A stretch of 64,000 nt of DNA from Trichoplax adhaerens (Eukaryota > Animalia > Placozoa), in contig NW_002060944.1 of NCBI RefSeq assembly GCF_000150275.1, forward strand, positions 2,456,152 through 2,520,151, given 5' to 3'. The notes under the pieces were generated by a model, which was given only the letters and a program-made list of their open reading frames with translations, was not told where the DNA came from and made no database searches. How positions within the stretch are numbered: position 1 is the first letter of the stretch; every line of letters starts with the position of its first letter. Of the stretch, positions 39,301 through 52,889 are shown one piece after another. The translations under genes and the position numbers were made by a program.

Positions 39301-42300
39301 TATTCTACATAAGGGCGGTACGGGTAATCATGATTCTAGCTCATCGAAAAGTGGAATTAAAATCGATTCTAGATCTGCTACAAATGTTATTAAAAAGAAA
39401 ATGCAAGAGGAAGTTAGACTTCGAGCCAATACAGGTTAGGGATGGAGCTTTATATATGGCACTCGACTATAAAGTCTTTTAAATTCAAATACCATATAAC
39501 ATTTGCCATCAGATGAATATGGCATCACGTATTCACTATATTAATTGTAAGCTAACTAGGATAATCATCTAATAGAGAAATTTAAATTGCAGTGAACTAT
39601 TTCATATCCTTAGATTCTATGTTCTACCCATTTCGTAAATACGACATAACATTCGTCATAGTTGTAACTTTGTAAATTTTTTAAAGTCTTTGTTTGGTAA
39701 AAGATGTGTTTGAAAATTAAAAGTTTACTGAATTTCTTGTGTTGGCCAACTTTCAATAATCTATAAAATGAAATCCATTATGTTAATCCTTCATATCTTT
39801 AGTTCTAATGGACTAGCGTACTTCAGTGACTTAAATTGTTCTTTTTTACTAACTGTACTGTAGTGTTATAGAAAATCTGTATTTTCGAACCCTGTGAATA
39901 GAAGATAATGTTTAACTATACATGAGATTGTGAATAGAACATTTTTCCTTTTTAACGGCTTTTTTAAATGATACTATTTAATCAATGCATATTATTCTAT
40001 AGAGTCCGCTATTAGTGGAACTAGTAGCACATCTCGCGGAACTTTCACTGGTGTTGTTGATGGAGGAGCTAGTAACTCAAATAATTCAAAATTTAAGGTA
40101 CGATCATAAATATGCAAAAATTCAAAGTCTTCATAAATTGTAACTTTAAATATGATTGTTAGCAAATATTTAAGAGAAGCGTCAAAAGATCTGGCCGATC
40201 ATCTAGCAATGCTGATGATAATGATAAAGTACCCGTCTCTAAATTTGCTAACAAGTAAGAAAATTGAAAGTTGTTATCGAAGTAGCATTAAAAATAGGAT
40301 CGTATTAAAATATTCGGTCATCAATATGATGTATACTGCTGTATCGAAACTTAAATTTAGAAATTTAGAAATAAATATCAGTATTCACTTTTTGTATGAT
40401 TAAATAATAGGCCACCAATTTACCGAAGTCGATCTCTTGACATTATTAAAAATACTAAAGACGTTATTAATGTTGTAAGAAAATCTGTAGCTATATCTGT
40501 GCAATATCAATTCCGAAAGTATTACTCTAGGTAATACTTGGATTAAAAGAATGATCACTTTTGTTTAAAATTTGACTTGGTTTAACAGATTAATTTGTCC
40601 AGAGACTGTAACCCTAAAGTTGAAAGTATTCATGCAAGTACTGTTCAACAAAAGCAGCACTGTTTTCAGCTCTGCAGCAATGGCGAATATCATTACTTTT
40701 CCTGCTCTTCAGATTCAGTTTTAGAAGCTTGGATCCATTGGTAAATGACTTTGAAATTAGTATTAATTGTTAATTTTGTAGACGTATCTAGTAAAGGTCT
40801 TTTTAATCTTCACAATGATTTATGACTTTGCCAAGTCAATTGTAGACTCAGTTATTCATTATTATAAGATATTGGTACGCCAGTATTTTCTTTCAGATAG
40901 TGAATTTTGATTTTATCTGCAAGCATGAGCATATGATAGACTTTAATATATTATATGTTAATAATGAGCATGTTTTATAGAGGATAAAGAATGGCCTTGA
41001 TTCCATTAGTAAACTCACAAATACATTAAAAAGCCAAAGTATTAAGGGAAGCTATTTTCATATTCTTATTCCCTTCATGTACGTATGATTGACCATTTTA
41101 TCTGGGTAACTTCCACCTCATAGGCTAACTGTCAGGGAATAGACTTGATAGCTATTGTTGCATCGCTTTCCTGAATAATTGGCGGTTAATAATTTAGTAA
41201 AGAGTTAAATTATCTTTCAATTTTTTAGTTAAATTATACAGCATGAACATTGATTAAGATCTGCGTAGCCCATATACTCATCAATTTTTTATTACAATCG
41301 AAATAAGTGGTTTTCGGTATAAGATGTTTGAGCCTACAATTGATATATATTCCGATTTCATTTTAGCACAGTTTTCCTATTAGTAAGTTATTAATAATTT
41401 TGAAAATATTATCAATAGCTGCTGACTACACGTTAAAAATAATAATTTAAAGCATTTATAGAGTTAATTATTGAGCATTACTTCTGTATTACAACGTTAT
41501 ACCGACGAATCATACTTCCACAAGGAAAATTACTGCAGCTGCAATCGAGTTTATTTTGAATACTGGTGTAGGTGCGGGTATGCAGATATTTAAATGCAGA
41601 TATGGTTCAGTATTTGGTCATAAAATTTGACTTTAACCTTCTTATCAGTAAGCAGTTCATAAGTTATGAATCTGTTTGAAAAGATTTCCTTTCTATTCCC
41701 ATGGTAGTGAATACGGAGAGGATTGAGATTTCAACCGGTAGTCTCAATCTTATTCACCATTATGTTTTCATTGTACCTGTATATAATCTATCATCACGTC
41801 TTCATTATGCATAGTTAAAATGTAGCCTCACGATGGCGTCATATCCTATTTATCTACTGATTTATTAATCATATAAAATAGTTTTTCCGTGTTTGCGTGT
41901 GTTAGTTAAGTACTTTATTATTTTTAAACATAGGGAATGCTATACATTCTTTTATTAGTTATACTCTCTTAATTTTATTTTTAATTTTTCCCTTTTACCG
42001 TTAATGACATTACTCCTTAATGGAGTCGAAACAAGCTGATATTCTATTAATAGCAATTATATTAAAGATTACTATAAATTCCTCTTTTAAAAAGTGTATG
42101 CGCTAATTGATGAAAGTAAGCTGTTATTATAGTCTTTAACCTAATTAATTTTGAGGATTACTATCTCATCTGACCGTGTGTTTATTGCATTAATGCTGAA
42201 AATAGATTAAAAATTAAATTTTTTCTTTATTAATGTAATGAATGCCCAAAATTTACCCTCATCTTAGATTCCAGCCTTTAAGTTTGACTAAAATTAAGAC

Positions 42301-45300
42301 TAATTATAATTATGGATAAATTGCGATTATAATGTATTTATCCATCCATCAATTTTATTGCAATATTCTTGATACTGCTTCAGTTTTCTGTTCAGAACGA
42401 TATATTCAGGGATTACATGAGCGGATGAACTATAAAATCCTTTGCTCCTTTTGTATAGATAATTTTGTACCCACGTAAATGAGAATATGATTTTTATATC
42501 TTTATTCCTAAAATTTTATCTCGATGCTAGGTTATAAACTTTACAAATGCCTCTGTTTCTATTATTTCACTAGTACCTTACAGTACTTAGATGGAATAAA
42601 AAGATTACAGTATAAGACTTTATGTACTTTATTATAAAATGGAATTAAATTTAAAACTGTGGGGATGCTAGCTAAGAATACTACTTTAAAGACGCTTTTA
42701 TTTTAATGTAATAACATACTAAATTAATCTATCATATTCTACTTTAATTATATTTAATTAGCCTGCAGAGTTCAATATCACCTGATGCGGATAACTGCCA
42801 TCGGCGTTCCATTAACTTATCGGTTGGAGTTGTGGAAGCTAAGAATATGACCAGAAAAAAGTAAAACCAATTATCTCTTCTTTCTTATATGATAACGAAA
42901 TTAATCGTCGATACATATGTATCTTAAAGGCTGCATATAAGTGATTTTTAATTAACTTGCATTTGTTGGTTATGTTTATTAAAGATTTTTTTGTGAAGTG
43001 GTTTGCGATAGCACGGTTTGTGCTCGAACAACTACCAAATCCAAATCCAGTATGCCCTTTTGGGGCGAAGAGTTTACTTTTCAGTTAGTTAGAATGATTC
43101 AATATCATTATTGGCTGATCTTAACAACCTTTAATTAACGAATATGCCGCTTTTTTAATTTTAAAGGAATTTAGCTCCTTTTTCTACCGTAAGCATTTAC
43201 ATTTACAAAGAAGACGACAAGAAATTAAGAAAAGAAAAATGTGTCAAATATGGTAAAGTAATTAATAGTTTTTAATTGCGATTCTTATCATGTATTATGC
43301 TTAAATTAGGTTAACAAACAAGTTTAGGCCGATTTACGAGAATTTGTTGTTCATCGCTTTTGAAATAGGTGTTGTACATATCCCCGTTAAATCATTAGAT
43401 CAGGATGGTCACACTATTGAAAAATGGTAATAATTATTTAGTAATATTTGTTACAGATTTGATGTCAGATAAATATTAAAATAAGTTTCAGCAAATTTTA
43501 AACTCCTCGATCGTAGTTGATAATATTAAGTAAAACATTCATATAATGTGTAGCAATTAGCACCATAATTTTTACCACCTTTCTTTCAAATTATCTTAAA
43601 AAATCGATTTAAAGCTATAAATTACTTGATGGCTAGTCAGTTTACATTATAGAGTAGCTTTTAAATTTTATACTATAGACTAAATGATATAATTGCTTAA
43701 ATTAAGTTATATAATGTACTTGAGCCTTTCAACTAGTTGCAAAATTTAGAATAAATAGCATGAGCTTACTCTGCGATCAATTCAAAAATGAGTTAATACC
43801 TCAAATATTTAACTTGTGCTCAATTAGCTCATGCTTTTTAATGGTTACTGAGTCAAATATAATCGTGATTGCTGTATTATACAGGTTATTTAAACAATGA
43901 TGAGTCACAATAATACTATTTACTTGCTTAATTATCTTCAATGCGTTATAATAATTGCGAATCTTCCTTCCATAAGACTACGCTTACAAGTAAAACTAGA
44001 AGTGAAATATACTTAATTTTGAAACTTTTAAATGATAGGTTTCAAATTCATGTTGATAGCCGAAATTCTACAACTGCAGCTATAAGATTAAAATTAAGAT
44101 ATCAGGTATAAATTTTTGCATGCAATCATGAACCCTGAAACAGTATTTATAAATTTCGGAAAAGACGTTACTGCTGCAGCTAATGCAATATACGAATGAT
44201 TTTTTCCTCTAAGGCTATTTGGATTCTTCCGCTAAGGAAGTACAATGAATTTTTAGACGTAAGTTTATTTGCGTAGAACCTTTAGTAAGGAAATTGATAA
44301 CGTATATATAAGATCAAGGTGGCTTATTAATTCATTCGAATAAATTTTTGACATATATAGTTTATTAAGAACGAACATCAACTAATCCTTGAAGCATTTG
44401 AAAATGTTAATACCAAACTAAAGGTCTGTTATAACGGTATTTGTATCTTTTTATTACAGTTAAAGTGATTAATTATCTGTTAATGTTATAGGATCGCATT
44501 GCTCAATCTTTAATACAAATACTATCGAAAACTGGTCAATATAGGACATTTCTAGCCGACGCTATATTATACGATATTAATAGATTAGGTAAATGTAGAA
44601 TTTATATGAGTTTATTGATGTTCGTAATAAAATTCTGGATTATTGATGTAGTAAAGTATTCCTAAAATAAATTAGTTCCTTTAATTAGCTGATTGCAATA
44701 CTATAAAAAGTTGAATTAGATTCATTAAGCTTTAGGATCACGATAAAAAATTAGGCAGTTCATATTAGTACAAGATGAATTTATGGATTTTACTGTATAT
44801 CGAGTATAGTAGTACTATATCTTCAAGATCACTGATAATTCCGTAGACGTTATGATGAGTGTTCTTAATGAAATAGCTTCTAAGTAAGTAATTTAAGCTT
44901 CCGACAATCAGTTACACGATTCTATAACTCTATATGTTATAGCAATATACTATTGCTAAATAAATTTTTGTGTTAAAAAAGGATAATTATAATTAAATAT
45001 TATCAGAATATAAGCAGCGACATTTTCTCACTACTTATCTGTATTTTAGGTGATGAAAACTTAATCTTTCGAAGCAATACTTTTGCTACAAAGGCAATGG
45101 AAACTTATTTAAAGACAATATGTGCAAATGTAAGGATCGCTATAAAACCGATGCTATAAACCAGAAGTTAATTGATACAAACTTATAAAAATTATGATAG
45201 TTTGATAGTACCCTTGCTTCCAGTAATAATGGATACTTCATTCATCGCGATAAAGAATTTGTATGTATGTATGTACTTGTAGTCGTATACAATTCTCGAT

Positions 45301-48300
45301 ATACCAAAGAAATCATTGAACCGGTATCCATATATTGAACTATGTGCTTCATAGTTATCTTTCTTAATTGCTGTATTAGAAGAACGCTACTACCCACAAA
45401 TTACTTTAGTTATTTAATTGTATAAATTCTAATCGTGAATCGGTAACACCTATGAATTATTCTATAGACACCACAGACAATCAAGTATGAATCAGAGTAT
45501 CATTTTACTGCTCGTTGATTATAGTACATAAAAATGACAATTCTATCGTTCCTTCACACTTTATCAGCAAATTCTCGTTTTAAATGCTGTTTTTTTTTGT
45601 AATTGTTCATTTATACACCATTATAGTTACAATTATAGACACATACGTGAACAAAGTAGTTAAATATCAAATTTATGCTCGAATTTTATACTTATCTATG
45701 CCTAAAATTAATGTACATCACTATAAGCTTAAATTTCTTTTAATTAACACATAGCTAATACTAATTTAGATTTCTTTTTTGATAACATTTGCTGTTGCGA
45801 AAATATAGTTCTCCGGTGCTTTTTTAATCACAATTCTGTATTTGAAATGTAGTATATTCAGGAAACCTTAGCAAATTTTGTCGGTAATGTTTGTCAGTCA
45901 GACGAAAATTACGAAGTCGATGAAAACAGGATGCCATCTAACGCGAATATTGATAGCAACCAAGAAAATCTTAGATCTATGGTGGAAAATGCTTGGGACC
46001 GAATTTACTCTTCTTATACATCATTTCCAAAGTATGCGAATATGACCTTGTATAGATAACATTCATCACTTGCATACGTATATTACCATGTATGCCGCAG
46101 CGCAGAAATATTTGTATATTGTGCAAGGTATGGCATTGGGAAAATGGATAAATTAACGCTAACACCATTGGGTATTTATGTACCGATTTAGGGATCTCAA
46201 CGCAACTTTTCATGAACTTAGGCAACAACTTCAGCGGAATAACCGAAGTGGCTTATATCGAAAATTAATTAGGTAGATTAATGATTTTATCATCAATATC
46301 GTTTGTTATAGTATAGCTGGAGTGAGAGCAAAATATGAACTATGTCGCTGGCATTACAATAGATTTCTTTTACTAGATACTTTCCGTTATTGTAGCCATC
46401 GTCAGTATCTTTTATGTGAATGTATTTCAAAAGATACCGCATAATATTGAAGCATCGTATTATTTCATTTCGATGTTATCGTATTGGAATTGTTTAAATT
46501 TTTTAATCGTTTTATTCATTATTCTGACTGGTACACCTTTAGTGGTTCCATCTTTCTCCGTCTGCTTTGTCCCGCAATATTATCGCCAAGCCTTTTTAAG
46601 CTGATGCAAGAGTGTCCTGATCAGAAAGCTTCGCGACATTTAACACTCGTAGCTAAAGTTATACAGAACTTAGCAAATTGTACTAGGTAAATGGGAGTAC
46701 TACTTTTAAGTAAGATGATATTTTAAGATTTAATATTTTAACTATAATTATCTCTATTCGAATATTTAATATACAGATTCGATAATAAGGAAAAGTATAT
46801 GGGATTTATGAATGATTTTATTGATAAAGAAGCGATTAAAATGGAATATTTTTTAGATCGAATATCGGTAACTTTTAGTACATACGAGTATTTTAGATTA
46901 GCCATATTCTTTGTAATCTATAAAGTCGTACTCTTGATAGTGCTATAGTGGTATCGTATTTACAAATCAATATTAAATAGCTTTTTATTTTAGGAGCATC
47001 GTGGTCAACCAGATGATGAAGAAGACATCATTATACCATTCTTCACCGTTGATATAGGCAAACAATTAGCTATCCTTCATTTAGTATTAAGCCAGAGTTT
47101 AATCCAACTCAAAGAGGTACATGTTTAAGGAGCTGGGGCATGATTTGTTACGTTAATAATTCCATTGTCAGCAATATATGAGATAAAAATTTCTAATTTA
47201 TATCCGTCAATGATTAAAGTAATATAAAAATTATATCGGATACGCAAAAAATTTTCATTTGCAATGATACTTAATTATTAAATATTAATGGATAAAATTA
47301 GAATTTCTAAGGGTCATTAATGAATTGTTTATAGTAAGAAAATTATCCTTTAATACTAAATCAGGAGAATGCAAATGATAATTTCGTTACTGTTTACGAA
47401 TTAGGAAGAGCAGCAATTGCTTGGTTCACTACCGCGAATTTTAAGTGATATTACCCGAATGGTGGAAGTATCTGAAAGCTCTTCTATGTTATATTTTTCA
47501 TCAGCTTTTCGTCGTGGAAGGACCGGCAGCAGTAGCAGTAGTGACAATCGCATGTATAATACTATTGCTAGCGATACATCTAAAGAAAGGTCCAATATAT
47601 CTATATTCTCTCACTTTATGTTAAGCCCAAGCTTTGTTGCAGCAAGCGAACGCTTCCATTCAACTCCTAACATTCACAAAGAATTACCAGATGAAACTGC
47701 TCTATCGCGTTCACTAGAATCTGATGACCAGCCAGTGAAAAGCAGGCGTGGGCCTCGTTACTTCTCATTAAAGCGTCTAACTACAAGTCATGATCGACGA
47801 ATGAGCGATGATCGACCTGATGCAAATACTAATCAAACTAGTTCATTGGTTAATGATACTTTGATGTCTACTAATAGCCGAGTTGATGAATTAGTTTCAA
47901 GTCATCCATTGGTAAATAATAGTGCCATGTCAACATGTAAAAGTGCAACACAACCGGTAAATATACCCGGATCAAGCTATTCACATGGACACCTTGATGC
48001 ATCATCACTGTTGATCAATTCTCCATTAACAATTAATACAAGCAGTAATAACAGTAATTATACCGAAGCAATGTTGAGTATGGATAGAAAACAGCCTGTC
48101 CCGATTCATTTGATGTCGCCGAACGGTAGTGCTAATGCATTGGCTGGAAGCTTTGGAACCCCCAAAGAATCAAGGACAAAACAGAGTAAAAAAAATCATT
48201 CAGTAGAAACGGAAAATTTACTCATGCCCGAATTCTATATTAACAATTGGCAACACTCGCCACAAGATAGCCACAGTGATAGTGATAGCAGCTCAACTAA

Positions 48301-49234
48301 TATACAATTTTCGCAACCCCATGACATAGAGTTTAACGCTAATAATCTTGCACCTAGTTCGATAAAGAATAATGAGAACGTACACGATCGTTTCCGCCGC
48401 TATCCTTCTACTTCTCAACATCACATCGAAGAAACCGAATTATTGAAAGATCCCGGTTTTTGTCAGACGACACAAAATGAAGCTAAAGTATACCGCATTG
48501 ATTTGGATTCTACAGAATCGTCATCGGAAGATAATCATTCTAATACTTCGCAAAATCAGTTAGAGACTCGGTATTATACAATACCTGCAGGCAATCATGA
48601 ACAAATTGGTAATATGAGACGTAATGCCAGCTTTCAACAAGCAACATGCCTAAGTGGAATAACAGCAATAACTTCGTCAACGTTAACAGAGAAGAAGGCA
48701 ATAGTTGGTGGCCTTAGTAACAATGCCAATGCTGGGCATGAGGCTAACGGAAATGCCTCAGCCACTGCTATAGTGGATTCCAAAAGCATTAAAATTTTGG
48801 AATTAGAATTAAGTAGATATCAACATGATCTTATTTCAACCCAAAAACAATGCCAAGAATATGAAGAGACTATTAAACGAGTTGATGCCGTGTGGAAAAA
48901 GCGAATGAATGATTGTGAAGCTCATTTACAACGACAAGTTGAGGAGAAAGAGCTACAATTAAAAAATATTATAAGTCGATTATTATCAGTTGAAGAAGAT
49001 GTTCGCAAAGAGCAAGCTGAGCTAAAGGCTATTGTCAAGGCTAAAGAAAAAGTAATTGAGATGCAAGATAAGAGAATTCGTACGTTAGAGAATATTAATG
49101 CTAAAACCATATCAGTCTTAAATGACTTTCGAGCTCGCTATTCGCCTAAACCAAGTAATAAGCATGAATCCCATATTCCTGTTAATTATTGTGATGATAC
49201 TAACGAAAATAGTGAAACTAATAGTGATAATTGA
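36388..49234 (+). CDS. Ras GTPase-activating protein of the SynGAP/DAB2IP/RASAL2 family (split PH - C2 - RasGAP - disordered region - C-terminal coiled coil), many exons; start codon tentative
   Basis: PH-like [14 protein letters not shown]|[18 protein letters not shown]; IYRSRSLD; [19 protein letters not shown]...[16 protein letters not shown]2: [11 protein letters not shown]...[18 protein letters not shown]...[12 protein letters not shown]: [15 protein letters not shown] and [15 protein letters not shown]...[15 protein letters not shown]. Tail: [21 protein letters not shown]...[12 protein letters not shown], typical of the family. Likely a pro-orthologue of the vertebrate paralogues, so no single symbol is given. 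Confidence 0.9.
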
Positions 49235-52200
49235 TTTTTGTATGTTACATGCGCGTATTAAATAATTCTTTTCAGAAGTAAGCTGCTCCACTGTGGAGTA
49301 TACATTTCGACTTAGTAGCAAATTATTTATTACATAAAATTCGACTTTCTGAGTTGCTGCATAATATACGGATGCAAATGTATTAGATAATAAATTTATG
49401 TTCAGAAAACTGTCAATAGTTAATTATTGCTATTATGATTTATCATTTTGCTGATTACATTTAACTAAAAGCTGCTGCCAATAAGTAAACTCACAATAAT
49501 GCACAATTATTATATATTTTGTTTTCGTGATTCAATATGGATATAAAATCATAAAATCATTGATTTCAGCTCACAATTGACTACGTGCTATAGTTTAATA
49601 TTTGATGTGTTCGTCACATTTTACATTGAAAAATTAATATAATTAATTATAAGCGCTTTATTTATGAGAGATAGAAATCATGAAGTTATCATGCTGTGTG
49701 CTGGCTTTAGTTGAAATATTTTGTTATATTTCTTTATTATATTCGTAGCTCTTTGTGGCATTTAGATACTTGTCAACCATTTCTAATTCTTATCCCCGAA
49801 TGAAATTATTTGACGATTACATTAACAACTTGACGATTAATTTTATTGTAAATAGTTAACTAATCCTTTGAAGGGTATCAGTACAGATGAGAAATCTTGT
49901 TAAATATGTCATGTGAACTTATACAGTTTTAATTTCGATTCTGATTATATGTTGATGCAAAAGATCTAGATCTTTATATTATGGCGGTTGTCGTATCTTA
50001 TAGTATTCATAATCAAAAGTTTTATCATGTTGGCTACGCTTACTTATTGTTATTCATTGGGTGCAGTTATTAATTTTGCCAACCGTAAGTTACATCGCTA
50101 GCATGACTATGATTAAAATTGTAAATATTAACTTTTACTTCAAAAGAAAACTGTATTACTGATTAATTTATGCTATTGAAATTATAAGTTCGCCCAGTCT
50201 TTCTTTTTCATTTTAAGAGTAACTGAAAATTAAAGTATAATTTTATTAGTTAAAAATTTCTTTATGCTTTTATATTATTTATGTATGAATCTGTTTTATC
50301 CATTCGCCTTATTTGTGTACGTAACATAACGGTTATACGATATATGCGTACTCTACCATTCGAAATAACTATTTCTTGTCATGTTCATTTCATGTGGGCT
50401 CATTTGCTGGAGTTGTTCAGACTGTCTTACATCGCTGTTTAGTAGTAAGTACTTGTACGCCGTTGAATTATTTATTTAGTGATAGTTCCTTTAACAAACA
50501 AATTACAATAATTTGACTCATTTACTTTAACATTTTACTTGTTCTTGAACTAAACTTTACAAGCATCTTGTATCTTCAAATCCTGCAGTATCAATACACA
50601 GAGTACCATTACGATTTGACAAATCTTAAGCTGCAATTACTGGAAAACTTAAAGTTTTACTCCTCAATGCTAAATAGAGCATATTTTATTCACTGAATCA
50701 ATCAGTAATAACTGCAAAACCAAGGATAATAGTAATATTTTTATTTAAGAAGGCGGCCACTAATTAAAAAATGCTTGTCTTAATTAATTTATATACGTAA
50801 GCAATTCCGTCAAATTTAAATATGTACAGTACATTAAATTTTATGTTGCATAAAATCTAAGATTATATGTAACTAACTATAAATTACGATATCTTCGATT
50901 ACAGTATTATTACAATAATTAACTTGTCGAAATTTTCGAACGAGTAAGAAATATAGAAAGATGATATATAATTCCATACTATTTTACCGTTTTCTTCTAT
51001 TGTATTTTATCTTTGTTCTAACTCTTCGGGAATACATATTCATTATTCTACAAGTATTACTGCTGTGCTGATCATATTACGTACGCGCATACTCCAGATT
51101 TTATCTTTAATTCCCTTTGAATTCATTTTAAGCTTACACCTTCAAGTATACTTCAGTTATTTTACTGCCTGCTCGCAAGGCTATTGCTTTCAAGTAGATT
51201 GTTAATAGATGAAAACTAATCAACTATTCGCATTTTTGTACCAACCAATAAATGAAGACGTAGTTCAGAAATTGCAGACTTTTGAAGATGATAAGCAACG
51301 TAGTGTAGAATGTGAAGTATTAGTTACCCAGGTAAGTACGTTAAATTTGTATACGAGAATAGAATATAATGGCCTATGCCGTAATTTTTACTATTAAACG
51401 AGATAAGTACAGCAACTGTGAGAGTACACTGCACCACACAGTGCTGTAAGTGTTGTACGGAATACGTCATAGAGCAGCTATTGCACACTACGCTGTAAAG
51501 ATGTCAACGTTGCAATTTTACTGAAGCCGTAGTAATCCATGTTGTGGTGTTATTTGGTTAATTCCTAGATTCGAGCTTACTCAATTTAAAATAGTAAGTT
51601 GCATGGTACTTGAATTGATTTTGATCTAACGCTAGTAATGTATATTGGATAATATCACTAGTTTAGATCGAAAATTATAAATACGAATTTCATAGAGAAA
51701 CCTATTAAATTATATTAATTAAATAAGATTTAAAGGATTATGGTTCAAACGGGCTGTTTATAGAAGTCAGCCGAGTCATTAAGCATGCAACGTACCTATA
51801 CATTTTTTAATCAGAAAACAGGAAGCGTCCGCAAGAGTATCATAGTTGCTAGTATTTTCATTACATAGTCACTACTGTGTAGCGCGTGCCAGTTCATTAT
51901 AAAATCAGGAATGCTCTGAAAATGCATTATACCAGCATAATTCCTTTATGACCTTAACGAACTACAGATACTATGTGCACTTCCTAATATTCAATTTAAA
52001 ATGATATTACTACATCACCGAGCGATAAAATTACGCGATATTTGTAATTTATTAATACCTATCTTTCATATTGTCATAAACGTATGTTGTAAAAGCAAAA
52101 GAATATGTGAGAAAAAGTGTATCTTAATATTAATTGCATTTATACAGTGGAATATGTCTAGTAATAAATATTGTTTTAATTAAATTTATATCATAATCAA

Positions 52201-52889
52201 CTTAAAATAATTTTTATTAGAAATAGATTCATAAGTTCACAGAATAAGAAGGCAAACTTATAGCAACGCATTAGCTCTGATACACCGTAAGGGGCCTGGT
52301 TGTTTTTTAGTAGTCCTTGGTGCCGTGTAGACACCGATGTACTGCTAAAACAATACTGACAGAAAATGAATGAAATAAGCTTGAATATTAGTTATCGTAC
52401 AGTAAATTGCACCCAAGAGCTACGGTACAAAAGAAAAAATGTGTTAGCGCAATACTGTCCATAGGTATATGCGAGTGTGTATCGAGATTCGGCTTGCACA
52501 ATATTGATTGATTGATTATAATTAAACAAGCTATCTCCATTAAACCATTAACAAGGTGACAGCAAATATGGATATCTGCACACCATCGGCATGCGCAATC
52601 CTTGCAGTCACAGATGTTCCTTGCTTTTTCGAAGAGACCAGATGACGAATTAAGTTTTACATAACGTTCACTTAATTCACCGCATGTTGTTGGTATTAGC
52701 GGTCCTTTCGTAATACAGAAGCATCATACATTGTACAGTATACGGTAATGACTGTAAATTTGCATCAGCAAGTACAGTATAGTAACAGACGGTGTACAAA
52801 GAAATAGCACGCGAAAAAGCAAAAATTGCGTATGTAAAATTATCATTGTAGAACTTCATTGAAAATCAGATCAATAAAATTTCTATAAA

